Source of the DNA: Andalucia godoyi And28
Taxonomy: Eukaryota > Protista > Jakobida
Direction: 5' to 3'
Assembly: GCA_009859145.1 (NCBI GenBank)
Contig: VRVR01000002.1
Location: forward strand, 473,853-537,852
DNA: 64,000 nt
The notes beneath the pieces are model-generated. The model saw only the letters and a list, made by a program, of their open reading frames with translations, did not search any database and was not told the DNA's origin. Position numbers and translations under genes: made by a program. Below are positions 19,215-32,600 of the stretch, piece by piece; the stretch's first letter is position 1; every line of letters starts with the position of its first letter.

Positions 19215-20122
19215 TCATTTGCGTTGGAACAACCCATAGAACGCAAACAGGACGTAAGGGACCCCGCTCCAAATGACAATGGCTACAGTGTGCATGAGCT
19301 TGGAAAACAGCTGCTCAGAGGACGACATTGTGAATTGCAAGTGTGATATCGCAGAACCAGCAAATCTGAGCAGCATCGTCGTCGCCCATGTCTGAAGCGT
19401 CCGGGACACTTGGTCTGTCATTGGGCGAAACGCGTATGCTGACTCTGTTTTTGGAATCAGCTGCTTCGAACCACCATGTGCAGAGACAGACGACGATGGC
19501 GACGACGATCTGTGCTGGGACTTCTGATAATAATCTTTGGCCTTTTGCAAGCGAACCTCGCGTTCAGCCGGGTCTGCGTCCGCCAAAAGTCCTTTTTCAA
19601 TCGCCTTGCCGAGGAAGCTGTGAAAGTCGAGAAAGACACGCGTCAGGATTTTGTCATTCTTGGATTTTCCCTCCTTCGCTTCGCTTCTTCTTCTGTCGTC
19701 CAAACATGGAAAAGAAAGAAAGTTGCAAAGAGAGTTCAAAACACATACCGATGAAGACCGCTCTCGTCGGTCATGGATCACACGACACAATTCACCCAAG
19801 GCGTGGTTCTTTAGATCCAGCTCTGCTGATGGGGGAGGGGGGAACAACGAATCTGCTGCACTCCAAATCCAAAAAAAGACTTCGCCAGATTTCCGTCGCT
19901 CTCACGGCTGAGTGTTTTTTTTTTTCGCACCCCCCCTTTCAAACGCACTTTCCATACGGCATCAGCACCAAATCCAAAGGAGTATTTCTTTGTCTCGGGA
20001 GATTGGGGAGTCTGCGCAGATTCCAAGGAAGTTTTTCGACTCCTCGATTTTGCAGCTTTGAAAACGATCGTAGAGGACTGACAGTTTGGAAATTGATCAG
20101 CACTGACAGCACTGACAGCCAT
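19215..20122 (-). CDS. Hypothetical protein with C-terminal TM, probably intron-containing; 5' structure unresolved
   Basis: Long open frame 19215-19847 ends in a hydrophobic helix; GTATGT...AG intron-like segments; upstream ORF near 20120. Exon boundaries not determined. Confidence 0.35.
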
Positions 20123-20146
20123 TCTCCTCACATGTCAACCGCCCAA

Positions 20147-20184
<38 letters not shown>

Positions 20185-20586
20185 CAGACGCAGAGAGGCT
20201 CGTTGCACTTTGAGAAAGGACCTTTCGTTCCCTACTTTTCGTTTTTGTTTTCGTTTGTTTTGCCCCTTTTCTGCCTTTTGCCATTCCTTTTCTCTTCTTT
20301 TCTCTTCTTTTCAAGAATTCTTGTGTTTTTTTATATAATAATAATTTTCTTGTGCAGATCGCTCTTCAAGTTTCTCCTTTTCTGTCTGTCTCTCTTTCAC
20401 TTTTTTTGGCGAATTCGTGTATGCGCATTTTGTTTGCTGAACGGAAAACATTTTGCCATTGACACATATTATTCACGGATACTGCTGCCTTTCTCCTCCG
20501 AAAGAAGAAGAGGAACCAGAAACAGAGAAGAGGTTTTTGGGTATTCTTCCCATCTTTTTTTTCTTTTTCTAAATATCCTGCCGGAT

Positions 20587-20639
<53 letters not shown>

Positions 20640-20689
20640 CCCCCCCCCCCCCCCCCCCTTCTTTTCCCATCTTCTTTTGATTTCGTAAA

Positions 20690-23600
20690 ATGGCATTCGA
20701 TGCGCGTCATCGCTACCTGATGGGCCGGTCGGCAGAGGTTCTTGGTGCCGAGTTGCGCGCGGAAATTGAGGACTGTTTTGCCTCCAATGCACGTGTCCTG
20801 AAGGCGTTCTTGGACGGCGAAGAGCCTTCGCGGTTGTTTCTGCTGCACAAGCCCAAGCTTCCGGAGCCCGATGAATCGTCGGGATCTGTGCAAGTTCCAA
20901 CGAAGGCTCCCAACCTGCTCCTCTCCACAGGGCAACCGAAGGATCTCGGTCTTGGTGGTCGCTGTGTGTATTTCGTGCGAGTAACAGCTCCTGGGAAAGC
21001 TGTTTCGACCAAGGAGGCCGACCTTGCAAATGATGTGGAAATTGGCGTTGTGGGCGGCGCGTCTGCACTTGATTCTTTGCACAAAGTTCTTGACAAGGTA
21101 TTCTTCCCACTGCTCCGTGCACAAACCGAGTGGGGGAAATCAAGCACGGATGATACATCCGAGTTTTTCTCCACGATGAAAAAGTTTGAAGAAACGCTCT
21201 CCAACGTTGTCAAAGTACAGCAAGAAGGTATTGAGCTCAAAAGACCTGACAAGCGGTTTGCCGTCGCAAACAATCAGCAAGCTTTTGTGTCAGCGTCTCA
21301 AGAATCCGAGCTCGTTGCACACTTCGAAGCGGTTGTCGAAGACTGGTGCGCGGCCACCGAAAGACTTCTTGCAGAATCTGAGCAAGGTCGCGTGGATTCC
21401 GAGGACGCTGGCCCAGACACGGAGCTGGACTACTGGAGAACGAGAATGGGGAAATTCAATTCCGTCACCGAACAACTGAAACTGAGGGATTGCAAGACGA
21501 CGCTGGGCGTCCTTACGCAAGCTCGCTCCAAGGTGCTCAAGAAATGGCGTTCTCTGGATACTCAGATAACAGACGCAGCGAACGAGGCGAAAGACAATGT
21601 GAAGTACCTCAGCACGCTGGAGAAGTATCTCGAGCCGCTGTACGGCGGAGTTCCCAATCAGATTGTCGACTCTCTTCCTGGTTTGATGAACAATCTCAAA
21701 ATGATGCACACCATTTCGCGGTACTACAACACCACCGAACGAATGACCACGCTGTTTGTCAAGTTGACGAACGAAATGATTCGCAACTGCAAGAAGACCA
21801 TCAAAGCTGACGGTAAGTTGTGGGACCAGGACCCAAGTTCGCTGATTCGAAAACTCGAATCTTGTCTTCGTTTGAATGAGGCCTACCAGGAGCAATACAG
21901 GTTGACGAAGGACAAGCTGCTCTCACAGCCCGGAGCCCGCCAATTCGACTTCAACGAGTTGCAGATTTTCGGCAAATTTGAGCTTTTTTGCAAGCGTGTT
22001 CAAAAGCTTGTCTATGTGTTCTCGACAGTTGAGCAGTTTTCCGCTCTGGCGAAGCATTCGATCGATGGGATGGAGAATTTGATCAAGAGATTCCAAGAAA
22101 TCGTAGATGATTTGAAGAGAAAGCCATACGACTTGCTAGATCACACGAAGGCTCAGTTTGACAAGGATTACATCGATTTCAACAAGAACATCGAAGAGCT
22201 GGAAACAGCCTTGCAAGTGTTCATCAATTCCTCTTTCGAGAACATCACTTCGACGGAGAACGCGCTGGCATTGCTCAAGAAGTTTCAATCCATTTTGCAG
22301 CGCGAGAATCTCCGTGCCGACTTGGACTCGAAATACATGGTGATTTTCCACAACTACGGTTTGGATCTCGAGAATGTCCAGAAGACGTACGAGAGATACA
22401 AGCACAATCCTCCTCTGATCCGCAATGCCCCGCCGGTTGCAGGAAACATCACATGGTCGCGCCAGTTGCTCCGTCGTATCGAAGAGCCGATGAAAAAGTT
22501 CCAGCAGAACAGAACCATCATGAATACAAAGGAGTCGAAGAAAATCATCCGCACATACAACAAAGTAGCTCGCGCGCTCGTTGAGTTTGAGACTCTCTGG
22601 CACTACGCCTGGATGAAGTCGATCGAGACTGCAAAGACGGGATTGCAAGCGACGCTGATTGTTCGGCATCCGGAGACCGGACGGTTGTTTGTCAACTTTG
22701 ATCACGAAATTCTGCAGCTTATTCGGGAAACCAAATGGCTTCTTCGGCTGGGGGTCGATGTTCCCGAATCAGCCAAGATGGTCTTGCTGCAGGAGGACAA
22801 GTTCAAGTCCTATTACAACCAGCTGTCTTACGCATTGAAGGAGTACGATCGAGTCACTGCCAGGATCATCCCTATCGTGCGGCCGATCATTAGCCCGCAT
22901 CTCGAGGATCTCGATAAGAAGATTCAGCCGGGTATGACGATTCTGACGTGGACATCCATGAACATCGATGGCTACTTGCACCGTGTGCACTCCGGTCTGG
23001 CCCGGTTTGAGGAGCTGGTCATCAAGATGAATGACATCATTGAAAACCGCATTGAGAAGAACCTCAAGGTGATCTCGAAGACGCTGTTGGTGGATCTTCC
23101 TTCGGACCAGACATTCTCTCTCGATCAGTTTGTTGCTTTGCAAGAAAGACACATCAAGTCCCAGTCGTCGCAGATGAACATGAAGAACATGGAAGTGGAG
23201 CGTGCGGTGGATGATCTTATGGAGACGATCAAGGCCTTTGCATTAGAGTTTGTTGTTGTCCCCGATGAAGTATGGGAAGAGGAGATTTCCAAATTGCGAA
23301 AGCACTACAATCGTCTTATGTTCAAGGCAATTTTGTCCGCGACCACAAAGTCCTTGCAGATCGTGAAGAAGCGAATCGGCTCTCGATCTCGCAGCGGAGA
23401 AGTTGTGGTTGAAAGACCCTTCTTCAATGTTGATGTAGAGCTGCAGCCTCCTAATGTTCTGATGAATCCTTCTCTCGACGAAGTGCAAGAGGCAATTAAT
23501 CGAGCTGCAATTGCAGTGCTTCGGTGCTCCAAACAGTTGTTCCAATGGTCGGTGAAGACTATGGATCCTGCCCTGAAGGAGTCCTTCTACCCGGAGCTGG

Positions 23601-26600
23601 CGAGAAACAAGGAAATCGTCAAAGTAGTTTTGCTCCTGACTGGTGGAATCCACGGACTGAAGCAGCAGGTGTATGAGTATTTGCAGACGTTCCGCCAGTA
23701 TGATTATCTGTGGAAGGACAACAAGCAGGAGGCATATTCCGAGTTCATGAAGAATCAGCCAACACTGGAGGATTTTGAAGGAGAACTAAAGAAATACATG
23801 GCAATCGAGCAGCAAATTGTCGCCATCAACCCCTCTCATACTATCGGATCGCTGACCCTGCAAACCCAGCCGCTGAAGAACGCGTTCAAGTCGGAGGCGG
23901 CTGCGTGGAAAGCGCAGTATGCCAAGAATCTGCATGCGCAAGCGAAACAGGATCTCGAGAACATTTCGAATTACATGACTGAGACAACAAAGAAATTGCA
24001 ACGTGATATTTCAGATCTCGAGGATTTGCGATTTGTAATGACAACTCTCAAGCAAATTCGAGAAAAGGAATCCGAAATCGACATGGAAGTGAATCCTGTG
24101 GAGGACATGTATCAACTGCTTGCAAGATACGATGTCCGCGGCATTTCAAAGGATGAAACGGACGCTGTCGCCGAGCTTCGATACCGCTGGAAGAATCTCG
24201 TCACTCTGGCGAACGAGACCAACGAGCGTATTGCGCAGCTTCAGGGAGGATTCAAGCGTGATCTTGTGAAGGCCGTGAAGCAGTTTAAGATTGATATCGT
24301 CACATTTTCCAACGACTACGAGTCCAATGGTCCAAATGTTCCAGGCATCAAGCCGCATGAGGCCATGGAACGGCTTAACAAGTATAAGCGTCTTTTCGAA
24401 GAAAAGGAGCGCAAGTTTGAGACGTATGCTGTCGGCGAAGAATTGTTCGGATTACCTCATGAAGAATACCCGCAACTGCAGAAGGTGAAGAAGGAGTTGT
24501 CGTTACTGGACAAGTTGTACACCCTTTTCATCAAGGTTGTTGAGCGTGTCAACTCGTATGCCGAGATTCTGTTTGAGGACTTGGATTTCCAGGCGATCAC
24601 CACGGAGATTGAAGGTTTTCAAAAGCAGTCGAAGACACTTCCCAAATCCTTGCGTGAATGGGAGGCGTTTTTGCAAATGAAACAGACCATCGACGATTTC
24701 CTCGAGCTGCAGCCGCTGCTGGAGCGTCTTTCCGACAAGGCAATGCGGCCACGACACTGGCAGCAACTGCAGCAAATCACTGGCCATACCTTCAAGCGAG
24801 ATGCTGAGTTTAAGCTGCGCCATCTGCTTGAAGCGCAAGTCTTGAAGTTCCGGGACGACATCGAGGATCTTGCGGTTTCCGCTCTCAATGAGGCAGAGAT
24901 TGAGAATAAGTTGTCGCACATCCAGGACGATTGGGCGAACCAGGTTCTTGAGTTTGGTGAGTTCAAGAATAAGGGTCCGATCATTCTGCGAGGTGCGGAA
25001 GCTCAGGCGATTATGGAAAAATTGGAGGATTCTCAGATGCAATTGGCATCCATGATGTCCTCTCGTTTCCTGACTCCATTCCGAGCAGAGGTGTCAGATT
25101 GGATTGAACGACTGTCAACTGTCGCCGAGGTTCTCGAGCTGTGGTTGGGCGTGCAAGCAATGTACATGTATTTGGAAGCTGTGTTCACTTCTGGCGACAT
25201 TGCAAAGCAGCTGCCGCAGGAAGCAAAGCGCTTCCAGAACATCGACAAGACCTGGTTGAAGATGATGGCAAAAGCGTTCGAAGTCCGAAATGTCGTGGGA
25301 TTTGCCTATGGCAACAATCCTTTGCAGAGTTTGCAGTTCATGAAGGATCAGCTGGAAATCTGCCAAAAGTCGCTTACTGGCTACTTGGAGCAGAAGAGAA
25401 ACTGCTTCCCGCGCTTCTACTTCGTCTCGGATCCCGTGCTTCTGGAGATTCTTTCTCAGGCGTCCGATCCGAATTCCATCCAAAAGCATTTGCAGTCCAT
25501 TTTTGACTCGATTGCTGCCGTCACGTTTGATGCAAAGCAGAAGAGCAAGGTCCTTGTCATGCACTCGCCGGAAGGAGAGTCTGTCAACTTTGAACACCCA
25601 GTGGTCTGCGAAGGCAATGTGGAGGACTGGCTGACTGTCATGGAGCGTTCTATGCAGAGCACAATGAAGTCGATTGTTCGCAATGCTGCTGCGGATTCTG
25701 GCAGCATGGGTCTTCGCGAATTCATTGATCAGTATCCATCCGCAGTTGCGTTGCTGGGTATTCAGTTCATCTGGACTGCAGATGTCCAGGAAGCCCTCAA
25801 CCGGTCCAAGACGGAAAAGAGAGCTATGAGCGACACCAACAAGAAGGTTTCCGGAATCATGTCGGATCTGACGCAGATGACGACCCAGGAATTGACTCCC
25901 ATGAACAGAACCAAGGTAGAGACACTGATCACTATTCAAGTTCATCAGCGCGATGTCTTTGACGAACTTTCGAAGAAGCGAGTGCGGGATGCCTCGGACT
26001 TTGAGTGGCAGAAACAAGCTCGTTTCTACTGGAGCACGGACAGGGATGACTGTGTGATCTCCATCGCCGACATCGATTTCAAGTATTCCTACGAGTACTT
26101 GGGCTGCAAGGAGCGTCTGGTTATCACGCCTCTTACGGATCGTTGCTACATTTCCCTGTCGCAAGCACTTGGTATGCATCTTGGAGGGGCCCCCGCAGGG
26201 CCTGCCGGAACCGGAAAGACCGAAACCGTCAAGGATCTCGGGCGGACTCTTGGCAAGTACGTCGTCGTTTTTAACTGTTCCGATCAGATGGATTTCCGTG
26301 CAATGGGAAAGATCTACAAGGGGATTGCGCAGTCTGGCTCCTGGGGCTGCTTCGATGAGTTCAACCGCATCAAATTGGAAGTGTTGTCCGTCGTCGCACA
26401 GCAGGTCCAGTGCATCTTGGTGGCGATTCGCGATCGCCAGGAGCAGTTCACATTCACGGACGGTCAGGTTTGCGTGTTGAAGCGTGAATGCGGATTCTTC
26501 ATCACCATGAATCCTGGTTATCAGGGGCGCCAGGAGTTGCCGGAAAACCTGAAGGCTTTGTATCGTGGAGTTGCCATGATGGTCCCCGACCGTAGGATCA

Positions 26601-29600
26601 TCATCAAAGTGAAGCTTGCGGCTTGCGGTTTTGAGCAGAACGAGAATTTGTCCATCAAGTTCAACATTCTCTATGCCCTTTGCGAGCAGCAATTGTCCAA
26701 GCAGCCGCACTACGATTTCGGATTGCGAAATATTCTGTCCGTCTTGCGTACCGCAGGTGCCACGAAGCGGAAGAACCCCGACAAGTCCGAGCCGTATCTT
26801 TTGATGAGAACGCTTCGTGACATGAATACCTCGAAGCTTGTCGCAGAGGACGTGCCGTTGTTTCTGTCCCTGATCAACGATCTGTTCCCGGGAATGAAGG
26901 CCGACAAGGCGCGCTTCCCAGAAATCGAAGCCTCCATTCAGTCTAACATCGAGAAATCTGGTTTGCAAAACCACGGTCTCTGGATTGAGAAGGTTATTCA
27001 ATTGTACGAAACGTCCGTGGTTCGTCACGGAATCATGGTCGTTGGTCCGTCTGGTGCTGGAAAATCGAGATGCTTTGAGATTTTGCTGAAAGCTTTATCC
27101 GAGTGCGTGAAGCCGCATAAGGAACTGCGTATGAATCCGAAAGCCATGACTGCGGAGCAGATGTTTGGTCGGTTGGATCCCATCTCGAATGACTGGACGG
27201 ATGGCATCTTTTCAGCGCTATGGCGTAAGGCAAACGACAAGACACAGATGCGTAACACTGTTCCCTGGCTGATTTGTGATGGACCTGTCGACGCCATCTG
27301 GATTGAGAACCTCAACACCGTTTTGGACGACAACAAGCTGCTCACTTTAGCGAATGGTGACCGTATACAAATGTCGCCGGAGATGAAGATGTGCTTCGAA
27401 GTCGAGAACTTGAACAATGCTTCGCCGGCAACGGTGTCGCGTGCTGGCCAGATTTACATGTCGGAGTCAGTTCTTGGCTGGGAACCTGTGCTAAAATCGC
27501 ACATGTTTCCGACGGGTGCTGTGAAGGAGGATGCTCGCCGAATTACCTGCAAGGATTCTGAAGCGATGCTTCTTTCCAAGCTGTTTGACCAGCATGTAGC
27601 GGATCTGCTCACTTTCTCGCGGAAGGAATGCGTGCCTGTCATGGGGGTTTCGGAACTGAACCAGATTATGACGATGTATGATCTGTTGATGCCGTTGCTT
27701 CGTGTTGCAAACGAGGCGTCCGGCGGCTGTTCTGATATGCATGTGGAGCGCTTGTTTTGGTTCACTGCGTGGTGGTCTATTGGAGGTCTTCTCGAGACCA
27801 AAGATCGCACTAGGTTCTCTGAATTCATTTCGAGCCGAACAAAGCAGAGTCCGCCTTCTGATAACGGATCCATGTGTTTTGACTTCTTCGTCGACGACGT
27901 CACGGGTGCCTGGACACACTGGCGCTCGCGCATTCCGTCTTGGGAGTATCCTGGCGATTCAAAGTTTGAATTCTCGACGCTGTTCGTTCCGACGCTGGAC
28001 TCCGTGCGCTTGGATTATCTGCTAGGCATCATTGCAAAGCAGGAGAAATCCGTGCTGCTCGTCGGTGGTCCTGGTACTGCGAAGACCGTGACAATCGAAA
28101 ACTATCTGATCACAAAGAGCGATCCGGAGACCATGTTGTACAAAAAGATCAACTTTTCGTCGGCGACGTCTCCGTTGATCTTCCAGCGAACGATTGAGGC
28201 CAACATTGACAAGCGTGTGGGAAACACGTATGGTCCTGCCGCTGGCCGCAAGATGACCGTGTTTGTGGACGATATTTCCATGCCCGAAATCAACGAGTGG
28301 GGTGACCAAGTCACAAACGAAATTGTTCGTCAAGTCGTGGAGAGTCGGGGAGTGTACAACTTGGAAAAGCCGGGTGAGTGGAAGAAGATCGTTGATGTCC
28401 AATTCCTTGCCGCGATGAATCACCCAGGCGGTGGAAAGAACGATATTCCAGCTCGCTTGAAGAGGCATTTTGCAATTTTCAACGTGACACTGCCGTCGCA
28501 CACCGCGATTGACCAGATCTATGGCGCGGTTCTTCGTGGAAGATTCTGTTCCTCGGCTGGATTTGACGAGGAGACGGTCGGCATTTCGACCAAGCTCACT
28601 CCGTCCACAATCTTGTTGTGGGAGCGTGTGGCTGCGAAGATGTTGCCGACGCCATCCAAGGTACATTACATCTTCAACATGCGTGATCTTTCTCGGGTTT
28701 TCCAGGGTGTGATGCAGTGCCCGCCGAACATTGTTGCGAATGCGGAGATTCTGTTGAAGTTGTGGCGGCATGAGTGCAACCGTGTTTTCTCCGATCGATT
28801 GAATACCGTGGAAGACAAGATTTGGTTTGACGACGCAATGCAAAAACTTGTCGTGGAATCATTTGGTACAGAGTTTGCGGAGAAGACCAAAGCACCCGCG
28901 TACTTTGTGGACTTCCTCCGGGATGCTCGTGAGGACCCTGAAACTGGCGAAGCTCTGGAGCCTCGTCCGGACGTCTACGAACCGGTGGTTTCGCGCGAAG
29001 GGCTCACGGAACGCTTGTACATGTTCATGAAGAAATTCAACGAGACTTCGAAGGTTCGCAAGCTCGATCTGGTCCTGTTTGATGCAGCGGTGAAGCATCT
29101 GATTCGAATTGCTCGCATCCTCCGTCTACCTCGAGGAAATGCCTTGCTGGTTGGTGTTGGGGGTTCAGGTCGCCAGTCTGTGACCCGTCTTGCATCGTAC
29201 ATCCGGGGCTACGATACATTCCAGATCACCTTGACAAAGACCTACAATGCTACAAACCTGTGCGAAGATTTGCAGCGGTTGTACAAGACCACTGGTGTCG
29301 AGGGCAAGCCCGTGACGTTCTTGTTTACAGACAATGAGATCAAGGACGAGTCGTTCCTGGAGTATGTGAACAACATCTTGTCTTCTGGAGAGATTGCCGG
29401 GTTGTTCCCGAAGGAAGAGCTGGACGCCATTGTGAACGAGCTTCGTGATGTGGCCAAGAAGACAAAACCGGACACGCTTGGGAAGAACGATACGTATGAC
29501 AATCTGTATCGTTTCTTCATTGACCGTGTACGCGACAATTTGCACATTGTTTTATGTTTCTCACCAGTTGGTGAGAAGTTCAGAACGCGCGCAAGAAAGT

Positions 29601-32600
29601 TCCCTGGTCTGATCTCTGGTTGCATCATTGACTGGTTCTTCCCGTGGCCCGAGGAGGCGCTGACGGATGTTGCTGCCAAGATGTTGGGGGCGTTCAAGAT
29701 GGAGTGCACAGATCCAGTCCGTTCTTCTCTTATCAAGCACATGGCGAACATCCACCGATCTATGTCCGATGTTTCTGCACAGTACTTCCAGAGGTTCCGC
29801 CGCAATGTCTATACGACGCCGAAGTCGTATCTGTCATTTTTGGAGAATTTCAAGGCAGTCTATTCAATCAAGTACGAAGAAGTGCAGTCTCTTGCTCGCA
29901 AGATTAACTCGGGTCTTGAAAAGCTAATGAAAGCAGGATCGGATGTCGAGCGCATGAAGATCGAACTGGCTGAGAAGGAAGTCAACTTGAAGGCAGCCCA
30001 GAAGGAAACAGAAGAGATGCTCATTGTTATTGCTGACAAGACAGCCAAAGCCGAGAAGAAGAGAGAGGACGTCCAGAAAGTGAAGGATGTGCTCTCGGAA
30101 GATGCAGCGATTGTTGCGAAAGGAAAGGCAGAAGCTGAGCATGACCTTGCTGCTGCGAAGCCCGCTCTTGAACAAGCCGAGAACGCGCTGAAGGCCATCA
30201 CGGCGAAGGACATTCAGAATCTTCGTGCGCTTCGCAATCCACCCCAGCTGGTGAAGGTCATTTTTGATGGTGTTTTACTGCTCCGCAAGATGCCGCTGAA
30301 TGCCGTGGAACCGCTGGAGTACAAGGGTAACAACATCATCAAGGACTCGTATACGTACTCCGTGCAGATGATGACGGACACGAACTTTCTGAATTCTTTG
30401 CTGAACTACGAACGAGATGAAGTCACGGACGAAATGGTGGAGCTGTGCCAGCCGTACTTTGATATCGAAGAATGGGACGCGGACAAGGCCCGTGCTGCGT
30501 CGGGTAACGTTGCGGGCTTGTGTACGTGGGTTTCCTCGATTTGCTTGTACCATGATGTCGCAAAGATCGTTCAGCCTAAGATCGAAGCGTTGCGCGTTGC
30601 CGAAGTTCAGTTGCGCGTTGCGAATTCGAAGCTGAAAGCCAAGCAGGAGGAGCTGGATCAGGTCGAAGCAGACTTGTTCAAGATCCAATCTGAATTTGAT
30701 GCCATGATGCGAAAGAAGCAAGAATTGCAGGACGATGCTGACCGCACGAGAAAGCGCATGGAGTCAGCAAACAACCTCATTGGTGCCCTTGCTGGTGAAA
30801 AGGATCGCTGGACTCAGCAATCAAAGGAATTCGCAGACCGTACTCGGCGCTTGATCGGTGATGTCGGTTGCGTGTGTGCCTTCATCTCGTACTGCGGTCC
30901 GTACAATGCAGAGTTCCGCAACATGTTGCTCAACAAAAACTTCTATGATGGGTGCAAGCAGAGAAATATCCCCGTTACGGAAGGACTCGGTATTACCAAG
31001 TTTTTGGTGGACGAATCGCAGATTGGTGAATGGAATTTGGAAGGATTGCCGACGGATGACCATTCGGTGCAGAACGGCATCATGGTCACGCGCAGCTCCA
31101 AGTGGCCACTGCTGGTGGATCCTCAAGGCCAGGGTCTTGCCTGGTTGAAGCGCAGAGAAGCGTCCAACGAGGTTGTGGTCGTCGAGTTGACGTACAAGCA
31201 CTTCCGAAATGTGCTGGAAGACTGCATTACCTTTGGTCGCTCCCTGATCATCGAGAATGTCGAGGAGGAGTTGGATCCATTCTTGGACCCTGTGCTCGAC
31301 AAGGCAGTGACGAAGACCGGGCGCTCAATGCAGATCACACTTGCCGATAAGCAAGTGACGTACAATGATAATTTCCGTTTGTTCGTCACGACAAAGTTGG
31401 CAAATCCTCATTTTTCTCCGGAATTGTCTGCAAAGACGACCATCATCGATTTCACGGTCACAATGGGCGGTCTTGAACAGCAGTTGCTCGGTCGTGTTAT
31501 CCAGATGGAGAAGGCCGAACTGGAGGAACAGCGTGAGCAGTTGCTGCAGGAAGTGAATGCCAATCAAAAGAAGATCAAGGCCTTGGAGGATGATTTGCTT
31601 AAGCGCCTGTCTGAGTCACAGGGTAACTTGCTGGATGACGAAGAACTCATTGGAGTGTTGGCGAACACAAAGCGCACGGCTTCCGAGGTGCAGGAGAATC
31701 TTGTCAAAGCCGTGGACATGGAGAAGCGCATCAATGCGTCGCGAGAGGAATACAGACCAGTCGCCATTCGTGGCTCCGTGTTGTATTTCTTGATTGTCGA
31801 AATGTCGCTTGTCAGCTCCATGTATCAGACATCTCTCAAACAGTTCCTGGTGCTGTTCGATCTTGCGGTTGAGCGGGCAGAACGAGCGCTGATCACGACG
31901 AAGCGCATCCACAATATCATCGAAGCAATGACATTCGGAGTGTACGTCTACGTCAATCGCGGTTTGTTTGAACGTCACAAGCTGCTATTCGTGTTGCTTC
32001 TTGCTTGCAAGATCCTTCTTCGAGACGGTTTGATTGACGGTGCTCAATTCTCTTCGATGCTGAAAGGAGGTGCAGCGTTGGATATCAACGCCGTTCGCAA
32101 GAAACCGTTCGCGTGGTTGCCAGACGCTGCCTGGCTGAATTGTGTGCAGATTTCCTACTTGAATCAGTTCCGCGAGTTGCCGGACATGATCCAGCGTAAT
32201 GAGACTCTCTGGAAGCAGTATTACGATGCAGAAGCTCCCGAAGAGACAAAGATTCCCGAAATCCATGATCGGCTGTCCTCGTTTGAACGGCTGTTGGTCG
32301 TTCGCTCTCTGCGCGAGGATCGTACCACCATCGCGGCTTCGGATTTCATTCGTGACATCCTTGGTCAGCGGTACGTCGATGCCATTCCGCTGAATCTGGA
32401 GTCTACCTGGGAGGAGTCCAAGCCACTCACCCCGATGATTTTCCTGTTGTCCGCCGGTTCTGACCCGACAGCAGCAATTGAGGCGTTGGCAAAGAGAAAG
32501 AAGAAATTCCCGATCCGAGCCATCTCCATGGGCCAAGGACAAGAGGAAGCAGCACGCAAGTTGATTCAAGCCGGATTCCAACAGGGACACTGGGTGTTGT

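Noticed and set aside
25115-27028. 637-aa antisense ORF inside the dynein gene (also long antisense ORFs at 5897-6838, 12397-13470 and 16671-17651)
   Set aside because: Shadow ORFs on the opposite strand of well-supported genes, expected from codon bias; no motifs.
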